DNA from: Promethearchaeia archaeon
GTDB lineage: Archaea; Asgardarchaeota; Lokiarchaeia; Sigyniarchaeales; SOKP01
NCBI GenBank assembly: GCA_029856125.1
Contig: JAHQWJ010000139.1
Span: forward strand, 1 to 64,000
Direction of reading: 5' to 3'
DNA: 64,000 nt
The notes below the pieces were generated by a model that saw only the letters and a list, made by a program, of their open reading frames with translations, searched no databases and was not told the DNA's origin. Below, in pieces: positions 19,817-29,896 of this stretch. Made by a program: the position numbers and the translations under genes. Numbering within the stretch: position 1 is the first letter of the stretch; each line of letters begins with the position of its first letter.

Positions 19817-20407
19817 TTATTCTGATTTCTTCCGCCATACCGTCAAATAAACAATAAGGAGAATAATACACGCTGGAATTCCTATAATAATAAATATCCA
19901 CATTAATGTATAGAACATACCATAAACCCAGTAACTATACGGTTGGCTGCTAAATGGAGCATAGTAATTAATACCATTAGAAGAAAGGGAAATATAAATA
20001 CAATATGCTATAAACATAAATAATCCACCTCCACCGCTACCTCCCGCATTTCTCTTTCTATGCTTATTCTTCTTCTCTCTGGCTTTAAACTCGGCTTTCT
20101 CTTCATCTGGTAATCTACTCCACCAGATATAGCCTCCCACTCCAAAAAACAATCCTGCTGGTATCCCCACAAATAATAACTCAAATAGAATTATAAGTAT
20201 ATAAAATCCAACAATCCAATCAAGGCTCCAATCACCAATTAATGCCGTACCTTGCGCTCCAATCGGAGATGTTTCAATAAACCATATTACTACTAGTAGT
20301 GCTCCTATAAAGGCGATAGCTCCAGCTATAATTACTACAATAAATGCCGTCAAATGGTTCTTTATTGTTTTTTTCCAATATAATTCATCGCTTAATTCTT
20401 CACTCAT
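19817..20407 (-). CDS. Membrane protein, unknown function
   Basis: Four hydrophobic segments with a basic/Gly-rich loop; GAGGT upstream of ATG. Confidence 0.7.
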   Translation of the reverse strand: MSEELSDELYWKKTIKNHLTAFIVVIIAGAIAFIGALLVVIWFIETSPIGAQGTALIGDWSLDWIVGFYILIILFELLFVGIPAGLFFGVGGYIWWSRLPDEEKAEFKAREKKNKHRKRNAGGSGGGGLFMFIAYCIYISLSSNGINYYAPFSSQPYSYWVYGMFYTLMWIFIIIGIPACIILLIVYLTVWRKKSE

Positions 20408-20660
20408 AAGATTTAACCTCTAATTTTTGAGATTTTCTTTTTATATTAATAGTTAGGAAATAGTAGGATCTCACTTAATTTAAGTTTATATGCAATTATT
20501 ACATGGAAACAAATTGTAGGGCCTATTTTGAATGATTATTCTCTAAAAAGGTAAATAAAACCTTCAATATCCATTTGATTTAGATTATTTGATATAAAAA
20601 GGTTAATGTAAAAATTTCCTCTAATTGATGCATATAGTAATAAACAAAAAAGAAAAAACT

Positions 20661-21554
20661 TTAGATCCATTGAACTCTTAAGGGTTTTCGAGCTGGGATT
20701 CGTTTATACTTTACATCTGGATACCCCATTGTTAAGGAATACCCTACGATATGGTTATTAGGAATCTTGAGTAATTCTCTAATTGTTTGCGATTCGTTTA
20801 TAAAATAGGTCAAATATCCTAATGAACAAGCTCCTAACCCTAAAATTTCAGCAGCGAGCATGATATTAGCTGCTGCTAAAGCGGTATTTGAAGGAATCCC
20901 TCCTACAGTTTTGTCTCCATGAATAATAATTAACTCCCCATTCCAACACCAAAAATCAATACCTTGCTTGATCATTTCGAGTTTTCTTTTTGATTTAGGA
21001 AGATTTTCAACAGCGAGTCTCATTTCATCTTCTGTAAATCTTTTTTCTAATAATTTCCGGCCCTGTTGATCCTCAAGCGCGTTAACTAACTTAGTCACTT
21101 TACTAGTTATGTGTTTTGATATCGCAGTTACAGTTGCTCTTTCTTGAACTATAGTATAGCTGATGTTTTCAGTATTGCTGCCAGTTGGTGAATATTTTCC
21201 GATCTTCAATAATTTTTCTATTAAATCTTTTGGAATTGTTTTTTCTTTAAATCGCCTGATAGATCTCCTATTTAAAACCAGTTTTAAAAAAGAATTATAT
21301 GATGGGAATTCTTCTCTTATCGAACTATGTTCTAGTTCTTCTTCCTCATGAAATTTTAGTTGAATAGCATTTACAGGACACACGGCTTCACAGTGTCCGC
21401 ATTCTATGCAAACTTCCTCAAAAGAATCATCTAAACGCAAAAAACCTTGGTTGAAAGAAAATAAATTAGCTACGCAATCTTTCACGCATTCTTTACATTT
21501 TGTACAATTATCAATATCGATTTTAATTTTTGAATTTTCTATTTCATTTATCAT
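20661..21554 (-). CDS. Nitroreductase family protein with N-terminal 2x[4Fe-4S] domain
   Basis: CTKCKECVKDC, CIECGHCEAVCP, RRSIRRF, SPTGSN, LGLGAC. Confidence 0.88.
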   Translation of the reverse strand: MINEIENSKIKIDIDNCTKCKECVKDCVANLFSFNQGFLRLDDSFEEVCIECGHCEAVCPVNAIQLKFHEEEELEHSSIREEFPSYNSFLKLVLNRRSIRRFKEKTIPKDLIEKLLKIGKYSPTGSNTENISYTIVQERATVTAISKHITSKVTKLVNALEDQQGRKLLEKRFTEDEMRLAVENLPKSKRKLEMIKQGIDFWCWNGELIIIHGDKTVGGIPSNTALAAANIMLAAEILGLGACSLGYLTYFINESQTIRELLKIPNNHIVGYSLTMGYPDVKYKRIPARKPLRVQWI

Positions 21555-21673
21555 CAGAAATCATTTTAAGAATTCTAAATAGCTATAGAATATGAGCTAA
21601 TTTTGTAAAACTCGTATCCCTTAAAAACATAATTATTTAATTTTAAAAATAGATATCAGTACGGAAAAATTAT

Positions 21674-22459
21674 TTAAGAAATTGTCCAATAACTCTTTTC
21701 CGAGGCTTTATTTTTATTAATTTTCACTTTCTGTATGGAATTATTTTCAAATGCCAAATAAAGCTTTTCTAAACTAGTTTTTTTATAAGGGAGATTCCAA
21801 TGATTTCTTAAGATTTCATAATATATATTTATTGGAATGCCTATATCAGCTACATATAATTCCCCAATGTTTTTAGGCTCTGTAATGAGTAGTCCCTTTT
21901 TTACGAATCCTAGCGTTAAGGTTGCTAATGGATTGATGCTCGAATAACTGCTTCCCGTTGTTGCATCTAGTCCAGATGGAATATCCAAAGAAAGAATTTT
22001 ATTTACGTTTGAAAGAAAATTAAAAACACTTTCAGAAATATCATCTTGACGGGGAGTAAACCCATATCCGAGATAAGCATCTATAAAAAAGCTATCATCC
22101 TTAAACTCTAAATTATTAACTGGTAATTCTTTGACAATTTTGATTCCCAATTGTTTCGCTCTTATAAACTGGTGTTTGGAAACGTCTTTAAGTTCATTTA
22201 CACCCTTTGGAAAGATAATTTGAGCATTTAATCCCCAAGAAGCTAAACGCCTCGCTGCCACAATACCGCCTCCAGCGTTGTTTCCAGTGCCAGCAATTAT
22301 TATGTAGTTAGAATATTTAATTTTTGATAGATTTAGAGCTAAAATTGCTAAGTTTAAGCCTGCGAGTTCCATCATTAGCTCAACAGGGATTTTAAAATCT
22401 TCTACCATTATACGGTCTACTTCAGCCATCTGCTCTTTCGTAATGCCTGGTAAGCCCAT
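21674..22459 (-). CDS. nnrE: NAD(P)H-hydrate epimerase (YjeF N-domain only)
   Basis: MMELAG, GTGNNAGGG, DAYLGYG, LDIPSGLD, ADIGIP. Confidence 0.8.
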   Translation of the reverse strand: MGLPGITKEQMAEVDRIMVEDFKIPVELMMELAGLNLAILALNLSKIKYSNYIIIAGTGNNAGGGIVAARRLASWGLNAQIIFPKGVNELKDVSKHQFIRAKQLGIKIVKELPVNNLEFKDDSFFIDAYLGYGFTPRQDDISESVFNFLSNVNKILSLDIPSGLDATTGSSYSSINPLATLTLGFVKKGLLITEPKNIGELYVADIGIPINIYYEILRNHWNLPYKKTSLEKLYLAFENNSIQKVKINKNKASEKSYWTIS

Positions 22460-22498
22460 AATTACCCCTTTTAGCTTAAATTAGAAAAATAAAAATTA

Positions 22499-23635
22499 TT
22501 AAGTTTGAGTTTTTTCAGCTCTTGCTAGTTCTGCTTTTTTATCCATGATTTTTACGTAAGTTGAGTAAGTATTTTTCGGAGGAAGTGTTTCCTCTTCTTT
22601 CTTAAAAAGCTTCATTGCTTCTGAAGTACAAGTAGGAACGCATACTCCGCATCCTATGCACCTTCCTTTATCTACTTGAGCGATATTGTCTTCAATAGTA
22701 ATGGCATCCAAATTACATCTATCTTCACAGATTCCGCACCCTATGCATAAATCAGGATCAACTTCAGCATAAAAATTAGTAGCGAAAAAATGTGATAATT
22801 CAGGAAGCTGTTTTTGGCTTGTAAGCACTCCGCAACAACAACCACAACAAGTACATATATTCATTGGTCGTTGAGAATTTCCCGGTTGAAGCACTAAACC
22901 ATCTTCTTCGGCTTTCTGTAAGATTTCTAGAGCTTCTTCTTTAGTAATTTCTCTAGCAAGACCTTTTTCTATAAAACTCTTAGCACCAGCTCTAAATGAA
23001 AAGCATGACTCGCGTAGTTTCGTCTTTGTACATGGTTCTCCTATAAGATCATTTCCTTTTCGGCAGATGCAGTCCATTACTGCGATCGGTTCTCCCACAA
23101 TCTCAATAAGTTGTTTAAGATCATCGTAATTCGCAATTGATTGTTCAAAATTAACAGACTGATCTAGCGGAATCACGCGTAATTGAGGAACACCCGAACT
23201 ATTATATTCTTCACTAAAAAATGTTTCACGCGTGTATTGATGGGCATCTTTAAAAAATTCAGGTGTCAATTGATTTAGTTGATACTCAAACATTCCTATT
23301 ACAAAAGGAGCACTACCGTAATATTTAGTTTCTGTTTCTCCTTCTTTTACAACCCCACGATTGATTAAACCCTTGAAATACATCTCATCTAGTTTCTTCT
23401 CCAATTCATCCGAAGAAAAACCACTTTTTTTCAATCTTCTATATATCTTCTTTAGCGGATCTGCAATAAAATTCAACTTTAATGCAATTTGAGCTTGTTC
23501 TGGCGTGAAAAGATGTTTCAAAATTTTAATTTCAAGTCCAGATTCTGTAGCTGGATAACCAACTGGCATCTTATCAAGATGCTTCTGTAATTCTCGATAA
23601 TAATCAAAATTTTCTTGGGTCATACAATATAGCAA
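22499..23635 (-). CDS. 4Fe-4S dicluster-binding protein with N-terminal HTH-like region
   Basis: CICR, CTCCGCCC, CIGCGICEDRC, CIGCGVCVPTC; paralog of 29897..31015. Confidence 0.8.
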   Translation of the reverse strand: MLYCMTQENFDYYRELQKHLDKMPVGYPATESGLEIKILKHLFTPEQAQIALKLNFIADPLKKIYRRLKKSGFSSDELEKKLDEMYFKGLINRGVVKEGETETKYYGSAPFVIGMFEYQLNQLTPEFFKDAHQYTRETFFSEEYNSSGVPQLRVIPLDQSVNFEQSIANYDDLKQLIEIVGEPIAVMDCICRKGNDLIGEPCTKTKLRESCFSFRAGAKSFIEKGLAREITKEEALEILQKAEEDGLVLQPGNSQRPMNICTCCGCCCGVLTSQKQLPELSHFFATNFYAEVDPDLCIGCGICEDRCNLDAITIEDNIAQVDKGRCIGCGVCVPTCTSEAMKLFKKEEETLPPKNTYSTYVKIMDKKAELARAEKTQT

Positions 23636-23698
23636 TAGTTCTTAATTAAAAAAGTTGATAATTATGTTTTTTAAGGTTGAAGTAGTGAACATGAATTT

Positions 23699-24667
23699 TT
23701 ATTTATTGTAATCTTTCCATTCAGAAGGAACCTTAGATACTTTTTCTCGACCTGTAGGTTGATACACTTTTTTTCCTAAAGGTCTAAATTTTAAATCACC
23801 TTCAAAAAATTGTGTAATTCTTTGCCTAGCTATTTTAATGTATTCCAATTCTTTATCTACACCGATGACCTTTCGAGAATGTTTTAGTCCCGCAACCAAG
23901 GTCGTTCCTACACCGCAAAAAGGATCTAAAACATAATCTCCTTTATTTGTGAGAGCGAGAATACATCTTTCTACTAGTTCTATCGGAAATTGGCAAGGAT
24001 GAATAGTTTTTTCTGGATGGTTAGATTTAACGTTAGGAAACTCCCAGAAAGCAGTCATCCAATCATCTTCTAATATTTTCCACACATCCGAAGGATTTTT
24101 TCCTAATGGGTTTCCGGAAAGTTTACCCTTATTTGGTCCTTTATACGCGCGTTTCCCGGGATATTTAGCTGGTACTCTTATTGAATCTAAATTGAAAACA
24201 TAATTATCAGTTTTTGTAAACCATAGTATTGTCTCATACCTTCCAGATAATCGATTCTTACAATGTAATCCGTGTCCAAAATGCCATACAATTCTATTTC
24301 TCAATTTCATACCTATTCTTTTGAAAATATCGTAAAAATAAATGTCTAAAGGATAAATTTCGCCGTTATTTACGTAATTTCCGACTTCCCAACAAACACT
24401 TCCTTCATTTTTAAGTTTGTTATGAAGCTGTCTAATAATCATTTCTTGATTTTTCAAATATGCTTCTAAGGTTGCTTTTTCTTCATACTCTTTGCCAATA
24501 TTGTAAGGAGGTGAGGTCACGATTAAATTTACGCTGTTATCCGGCACAGTATTCAGGAATTTTAGTGAATCTCCATGATGTAAAATGATCTTCCTTTCTT
24601 TAGCAAATTCGGTATAAATTTTATAAGTTTCCGATTTAGAGGTCATCTTTTTTTGTGTTGTCATCAT
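23699..24667 (-). CDS. DNA amino-methyltransferase, beta class (SPPY, likely m4C)
   Basis: TSPPYN precedes HPCQFP and DPFCGVGTT. Confidence 0.88.
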   Translation of the reverse strand: MMTTQKKMTSKSETYKIYTEFAKERKIILHHGDSLKFLNTVPDNSVNLIVTSPPYNIGKEYEEKATLEAYLKNQEMIIRQLHNKLKNEGSVCWEVGNYVNNGEIYPLDIYFYDIFKRIGMKLRNRIVWHFGHGLHCKNRLSGRYETILWFTKTDNYVFNLDSIRVPAKYPGKRAYKGPNKGKLSGNPLGKNPSDVWKILEDDWMTAFWEFPNVKSNHPEKTIHPCQFPIELVERCILALTNKGDYVLDPFCGVGTTLVAGLKHSRKVIGVDKELEYIKIARQRITQFFEGDLKFRPLGKKVYQPTGREKVSKVPSEWKDYNK

Positions 24668-24883
24668 TCATTCATTATTAAATCCTAATAAGTGAAGGAT
24701 AAGAATTATTACTACTATTGACCTTTAGTCAGATTTTTTAAATTAAATTATTTGTTAAGCCTTTATCAAAAGTGCAAACCATTTTTTTATCTTTCTAACT
24801 TAAAATGAAACATGTTCGAATTTAGGTTTATAAACACTTTACAATTATAATATTTAAAAAATTATTAAAATTGAAAAGTAGAT

Positions 24884-25222
24884 GTGAAATATTTGAGCGA
24901 CCATAATAAAGAAAATCCTGAAATTTTAGATTTAGAAAGCTTACTTGATTATCAAGAAGGCTCCGTTGTTAGTAGGATGCTGATGAACAAAAAAATAGGC
25001 ACTGTAACATTGTTTTCTTTTGATAAAGGAGAGGGTTTAAGTGAACACACAACTCCATTTGATGCGTTAGTTTACATTATCGATGGCAAGGCGGAAATTA
25101 TAATTTCTAAAAAGCCTTACATTTTAGAAAAAGGGCAAATGATAACGATGCCTGCTAATGACCCACATGCTCTTAAGGCTTTAGAGCGCTTTAAAATGAT
25201 GCTAATAATGGTTAAAGCTTAG
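24884..25222 (+). CDS. Cupin domain protein
   Basis: FDKGEGLSEHTTPFDA, MPANDPHAL. Confidence 0.85.
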   Translation: MKYLSDHNKENPEILDLESLLDYQEGSVVSRMLMNKKIGTVTLFSFDKGEGLSEHTTPFDALVYIIDGKAEIIISKKPYILEKGQMITMPANDPHALKALERFKMMLIMVKA

Positions 25223-25273
25223 AAAATAAGTGATTTTTTCTTTTATCTCTAATAGAAAAACCCTTTATTTTTT

Positions 25274-26065
25274 CTAATTATATTTTTTCTTTTTCTCCAG
25301 AAATTGTTGATCAATCAAAATATCCATCTGAGCATTCAACCAACACAACTCGTCATAAGTGCTAGATGAATTAAACACTTCTTCTGCCTTTTTGCGAATA
25401 TCTTCAAGCGAAGGCATGTTTAATGCTATGTTTTGAATAACTTCGGCTAATAGCCAACATAAGTCGTTATACGAATATTTTTTTAATGAGAGATAATAAG
25501 CAGCTACTCTGATTTGAGGTTCTAAACCAATCTCTTCATCATCTGTAGGCACTACTTCTTTTTCCATAGATTCCTTAGCTTCAACTTCTTCATTTTCTGT
25601 AATAAGCGTTCTGTGTTTTTTTAGTTGCGTTAACCATGCAAACACCCCTGGTTCAGCGCCTTCCTCTTTTATCTCTGGGCTTTTAATCTCTTGGGGTTCA
25701 TTCTCTGAAATGGTTGATGTGGATGGTGTTTCTTCTTTAGGTGCTACTAGTACCAGCTCAGGTCTGCGTCCAGTTGATTTACCAGGTATTAACCCCTTTT
25801 TTAACTGATCCATCATCGATAAAAATGATCCATATTCTCGTTTTTGCATCATTATTAATATTTTGCACGCACCTCCGCGATCTTTGTCAAATCTTCTAGC
25901 CCAAGCTGCTGTGAGGTCTTTTTTATACTGTGGAACTTTAAGCCCCACCCAAATATAAAGTGTCTTCTTCTCAATATCGTCAATCAAATACACATGATTA
26001 TCGTCAAACTCTAAATTACTTCGATCAATTAAATTTCCTTTTTCATCAAGACTATAAAAAATCAA
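25274..26065 (-). CDS. Gelsolin-like domain protein with acidic linker and repeated C-terminal helical domain
   Basis: FDDNHVYLID...LYIWVG gelsolin-repeat pattern; C-terminal YNDLCWLLAE / YDELCWLNAQ duplication. Confidence 0.65.
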   Translation of the reverse strand: MIFYSLDEKGNLIDRSNLEFDDNHVYLIDDIEKKTLYIWVGLKVPQYKKDLTAAWARRFDKDRGGACKILIMMQKREYGSFLSMMDQLKKGLIPGKSTGRRPELVLVAPKEETPSTSTISENEPQEIKSPEIKEEGAEPGVFAWLTQLKKHRTLITENEEVEAKESMEKEVVPTDDEEIGLEPQIRVAAYYLSLKKYSYNDLCWLLAEVIQNIALNMPSLEDIRKKAEEVFNSSSTYDELCWLNAQMDILIDQQFLEKKKKYN

Positions 26066-26264
26066 ATATAAACCACACTAAAGTTGAATAAGCTTATAAA
26101 AATAGATTCAATTAAGGTATAAAAATTTTTATTAATCACATGAATTACTTGAAATATTAATCAATTAATACTTATTAAACTATTAATAAATAGAAATTTC
26201 TTCCATTCTCGTTGAATTAAAATTATGGCATATCTACCATAAAATCTCTACAGGTGTATTTAAA

Positions 26265-27212
26265 ATTAAAAAAATCGAACTTCTCTCTAAAAATGGTGAT
26301 TCTCGCGGTTTTTACGATCTCGCTAATCAGGTTAACGATTTAACAGGTAAAGAGTGGGTATTTTCGACAAAATCAGTAATTCCAAAAGGATATCCTCCGA
26401 GTTTTCAATTAAATCTAAGGAATAAACATGGAGGTCAAAAACCGCCGGAATTATGTGAAAAGTTGATTAAAACTTTTACAAAAGAGAATGATCTAATTCT
26501 TGATCCTTTTTGTGGAGTTGGAGGAACTTTGATCGCATGCAATTTGAGCAATCGTAACGGCATTGGGATTGAAATCAACCAAGAATGGATAGACATTTAT
26601 CATAAAGTCTGCGAAATTGAATCTATCCCGCCTCAGAGGGTTATTAAAGGTGATTCTCGCGAGATTCTTCATAATTTAAGTGAAGACCCAAACTTTAAGG
26701 TAGATTTTATATTGACCGATGTTCCATTTTGGAAGATGGACACTGTTGAGAAATCGAAGGGCACCTACAAAAAAGTTGGAGAAGATTCTAAAGGAGTTTA
26801 TTCTGATAAATCAAAATTAACTAGATTTATCCCTAGCTCTCAAGATTCACAACAAAAAAAAAATGATTGGGAACTTTTAATGAAGCAAACTTTCAGCGAA
26901 TGCTTTAAACTTTTAAAGCCCGGGCGATATTGTGCTGTTTTTATAGGAAACATGTATACGGAAGGCCGTTACCATCTTTTAAACGCTGATGTTGCCCGCA
27001 TCTTAAGTCAAATCGGTTACGTCTTAAAATCAGAAATAATATGGTACGATGTTAACAAAAAACTACATCTTTACGGTATCAATTATTCATGGATCCCAAG
27101 CATTGTGCACCAATTTATTATGGTTTTTAGAAAAGAAAGAAGTGAAAAACTTACTCAAGAAGAAAAAGATAAAATCAAAGCGAAAAACCTTAAGATGATT
27201 GAAAAAGGATGA
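26265..27212 (+). CDS. DNA methyltransferase (FxGxG before DVPF); reading frame extends upstream of 26463, probable ATT start
   Basis: In-frame upstream NDLTGKEW...KHGGQKPPEL; DPFCGVGGT; TDVPFW; AGGTG at 26252-26256, 8 nt before ATT 26265. Confidence 0.7.
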   Translation: MKKIELLSKNGDSRGFYDLANQVNDLTGKEWVFSTKSVIPKGYPPSFQLNLRNKHGGQKPPELCEKLIKTFTKENDLILDPFCGVGGTLIACNLSNRNGIGIEINQEWIDIYHKVCEIESIPPQRVIKGDSREILHNLSEDPNFKVDFILTDVPFWKMDTVEKSKGTYKKVGEDSKGVYSDKSKLTRFIPSSQDSQQKKNDWELLMKQTFSECFKLLKPGRYCAVFIGNMYTEGRYHLLNADVARILSQIGYVLKSEIIWYDVNKKLHLYGINYSWIPSIVHQFIMVFRKERSEKLTQEEKDKIKAKNLKMIEKG

Positions 27213-27221
27213 TAAGTGAAA

Positions 27222-27866
27222 TTATCCTTTTTGTTTCATAGCGATAGCAGTAATCCAACCCTTTTCTTTTTGTTCGTATACATCTATTTCAGTAAATCCT
27301 GCTTTCGTTAAAAAATTCCTATACTCCTCAGGTGAATGAAGCTTAAAATCTCCGAGTTTCGCCCAATTCTCTACTACTTTTCTTATCTCTTTGTTTTCGC
27401 ATTTATAACCCTCGTTGACTAATAGTAATACACCGTTGATTTTCAAAACGCGATGTATCTCTTTTAAATCGTTAATTAAATCTGGCCAGAAATAACAAGC
27501 TTCAAAGCCTGAAACTACATCGAAGATTTTATCCTCAAAAGGAAGACTTGAGACTGAGCTCTCATGAATCTCAACAATTCCCTCTTCGATGTATTTTTTA
27601 TTAACTTCTTTACTGACTTTCACTGAAGTGGGTGAATAATCAATTCCGAACACCCTCCCACTTGTCACAATTTGCGCAAAATGATTAATATTAGCTCCAC
27701 CTCCACATCCTACGTCTAAAATTATCATTTCTTTCTTTAATTTTATGTGAGATAAACCCCACTCTGCTAACAAAGCGTGAGAAATGTTCATCCTCTTGGC
27801 GATTCTTTTGCCAAATAATCCCCTTGGTTTTTTTACTTGATTAACAATGTAGTTAAGATATCCGAT
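27222..27866 (-). CDS. Class I SAM methyltransferase; reading frame extends upstream of 27791, probable ATC start
   Basis: LDVGCGGG, GIDYS, YFWPD; in-frame upstream NQVKKPRGLFGKRIAKRMN. Confidence 0.7.
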   Translation of the reverse strand: MGYLNYIVNQVKKPRGLFGKRIAKRMNISHALLAEWGLSHIKLKKEMIILDVGCGGGANINHFAQIVTSGRVFGIDYSPTSVKVSKEVNKKYIEEGIVEIHESSVSSLPFEDKIFDVVSGFEACYFWPDLINDLKEIHRVLKINGVLLLVNEGYKCENKEIRKVVENWAKLGDFKLHSPEEYRNFLTKAGFTEIDVYEQKEKGWITAIAMKQKG

Positions 27867-28049
27867 AAGTACTCACTTCTTTCTGATTTTTGATATTTTT
27901 AGCAATAATTGGTCTATAGAAAATTTTTATTAGGCGTGACTAATTTTTGTAATATAAAGTAACATTTAATTGTTGATATCATTTAACAGTCAATAATTTA
28001 ATTGTTAATCATTATAATTTACTAACTTAAAAACTTAAATTGATAAAAA

Positions 28050-28535
28050 ATGGGCCATAATCATGAACATAGGTTGGGAATCGAGGCACCACATTCTCAT
28101 CTAATACAAGGACTTTCTCCTATTGTTTTTACTATAATATGGATTCTAGATTCACTGGTTTTCTCGTTTTCAACGGTAATGAATAATTTTGTTCCTTGGA
28201 TAGTTAGACTCATCTTGTTTATTATAGTTATCGCCATAGCTTTCGCGTTTATTCGCGCTTCCCACAACATTTTATTTAGGCACCCAGAAAATAAAGACGA
28301 TCTCATAACAGATGGAATACTTGGGCATGTAAGAAATCCGATGTATTTTGGCGTTCTCTTAATTTATCTTGCGTGTATATTTCTATCGATTTCATTAATT
28401 AGCATAGCGATATGGATTGTAATAATTGTTATTTACGATAAGTTGGCTACTTTTGAACAAAAACAACTAGAAAACCTATTTGGAGAGAAATATATAGAAT
28501 ATAAGAAAAAAGTACCTAAATGGATTCCTCGATAG
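28050..28535 (+). CDS. ICMT/PEMT-family membrane methyltransferase
   Basis: LITDG..VRNPMYFG, FEQKQL..FGEKY.EYKKKVPKWIP. Confidence 0.8.
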   Translation: MGHNHEHRLGIEAPHSHLIQGLSPIVFTIIWILDSLVFSFSTVMNNFVPWIVRLILFIIVIAIAFAFIRASHNILFRHPENKDDLITDGILGHVRNPMYFGVLLIYLACIFLSISLISIAIWIVIIVIYDKLATFEQKQLENLFGEKYIEYKKKVPKWIPR

Positions 28536-29028
28536 ATCGATTCTTTCGCAATGTAAAAATAAAAGCAAGTAGATAAGGCAAAGTGGTTATTAGCATTAAT
28601 AATCCCAACATGAAAAGACCAAGAATAAAACTAAAAATAGCGTAAAAACAAGCAATTACTAATAAGCTGCTTGGTGGGATTAGATCAAACCATTCAGTGC
28701 GTTTTAGGTTTTCTCTCTTCCAAATAATAATACCGGAAGCCCACACGATGGTAAAAATCATCCATACCACTAGAAAAATTAAAGGCAAATTAAATATCAA
28801 AGGGATTCGAGTAAACGATCCTACTAAGAATAGTATTCCCAATCCCATTGGAATTACAAGCAACACTGTATATAATCTTCGAAGTAAAGAGCGTCTAGCA
28901 TCAACTTTGGCAACATTCAATAATTTTAGTTTTTTGCTATCTTTCTCCCAACTTAATCCGTAAAGCACTAAATACGCTATGGGGATAAAAAACCAACCAA
29001 AAAAATTAAACGCAGGGATATTGAAGTA
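28516..29028 (-). pseudogene. Probable C-terminal fragment of a CruF/DUF422-like membrane protein
   Basis: Frame is open upstream of GTG 28968 as YFNIPAFNFFGWFF (family-like motif), bounded by an in-frame TAG at 29031-29029 with no start codon. Confidence 0.4.
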
Positions 29029-29177
29029 CTAATCCCGACATCTTATCTCTCTAACATCTTGAAATATGATAATATAAATAAATGACTTCAATATTTATTT
29101 TATTGATTATTACTATAAAAATTTAATAAGGAATAGTTTGAAATACAAATCCTTAACTTCTGTAAAGAGGAATCAAA

Positions 29178-29741
29178 TTGGCGAGCATGAATAACATAGA
29201 GGTCAATGAAGACCTTCTACCTCGACCAGGCTCTTCTCTTTATAATCTAAATCATAAGGATGTAATGATTAAGAATAAGACGCTTAAAAAATTTAAAATT
29301 TATAACAAATACATCGTTCTTCCATTATATCGATTAAGAATTTTGCCTCTTTTAGGTTTTGGACGAATTTTTCTCATTTTAACGACACAAGGAAGAAAAA
29401 CAGGGAAGAAAAGAAGAACACCGTTAGAATACCATCGGATAGAGGACAATATTACAATTTTTTCTGGTAGAGGTGAAGATGCAGGCTGGATGAAGAATCT
29501 CCGGGCTCATCCTGATGCTCTTTTGGTAAGACATGGGTTCCATCGTTTCCAACCGCAGGTAGAATTTGTAGCAAATGAAGACCAAAAGCTTGAAATTATG
29601 AAATGGTACGTAGTGAACCATGGAAAATCAGCAAAAATGCTTTTCGGTTGGTATCCTAAAACTGACGATCCAGAAACAACAGATTTCACAAACTTAGTAA
29701 ACCTAATTTCTATAGTAAAATTGCATCGCCAAAAGGATTAG
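29178..29741 (+). CDS. Deazaflavin (F420)-dependent nitroreductase family protein
   Basis: LTTQGRKTGKKRRTPL, WMKNLRAHP. Confidence 0.8.
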   Translation: MASMNNIEVNEDLLPRPGSSLYNLNHKDVMIKNKTLKKFKIYNKYIVLPLYRLRILPLLGFGRIFLILTTQGRKTGKKRRTPLEYHRIEDNITIFSGRGEDAGWMKNLRAHPDALLVRHGFHRFQPQVEFVANEDQKLEIMKWYVVNHGKSAKMLFGWYPKTDDPETTDFTNLVNLISIVKLHRQKD

Positions 29742-29896
29742 AATTTAGTTTTGAAAATATTCCTTAAACAAATCGAATACAGCACTTTTCGAGCTTATAT
29801 TTCTTCATACAAAGATATTAAAATCAGAAATTTTTATAAAAATCAAGGTAATTAATACTTTAAAATTGTATTTACAGCTCTGGAGCCTAATTTAAT

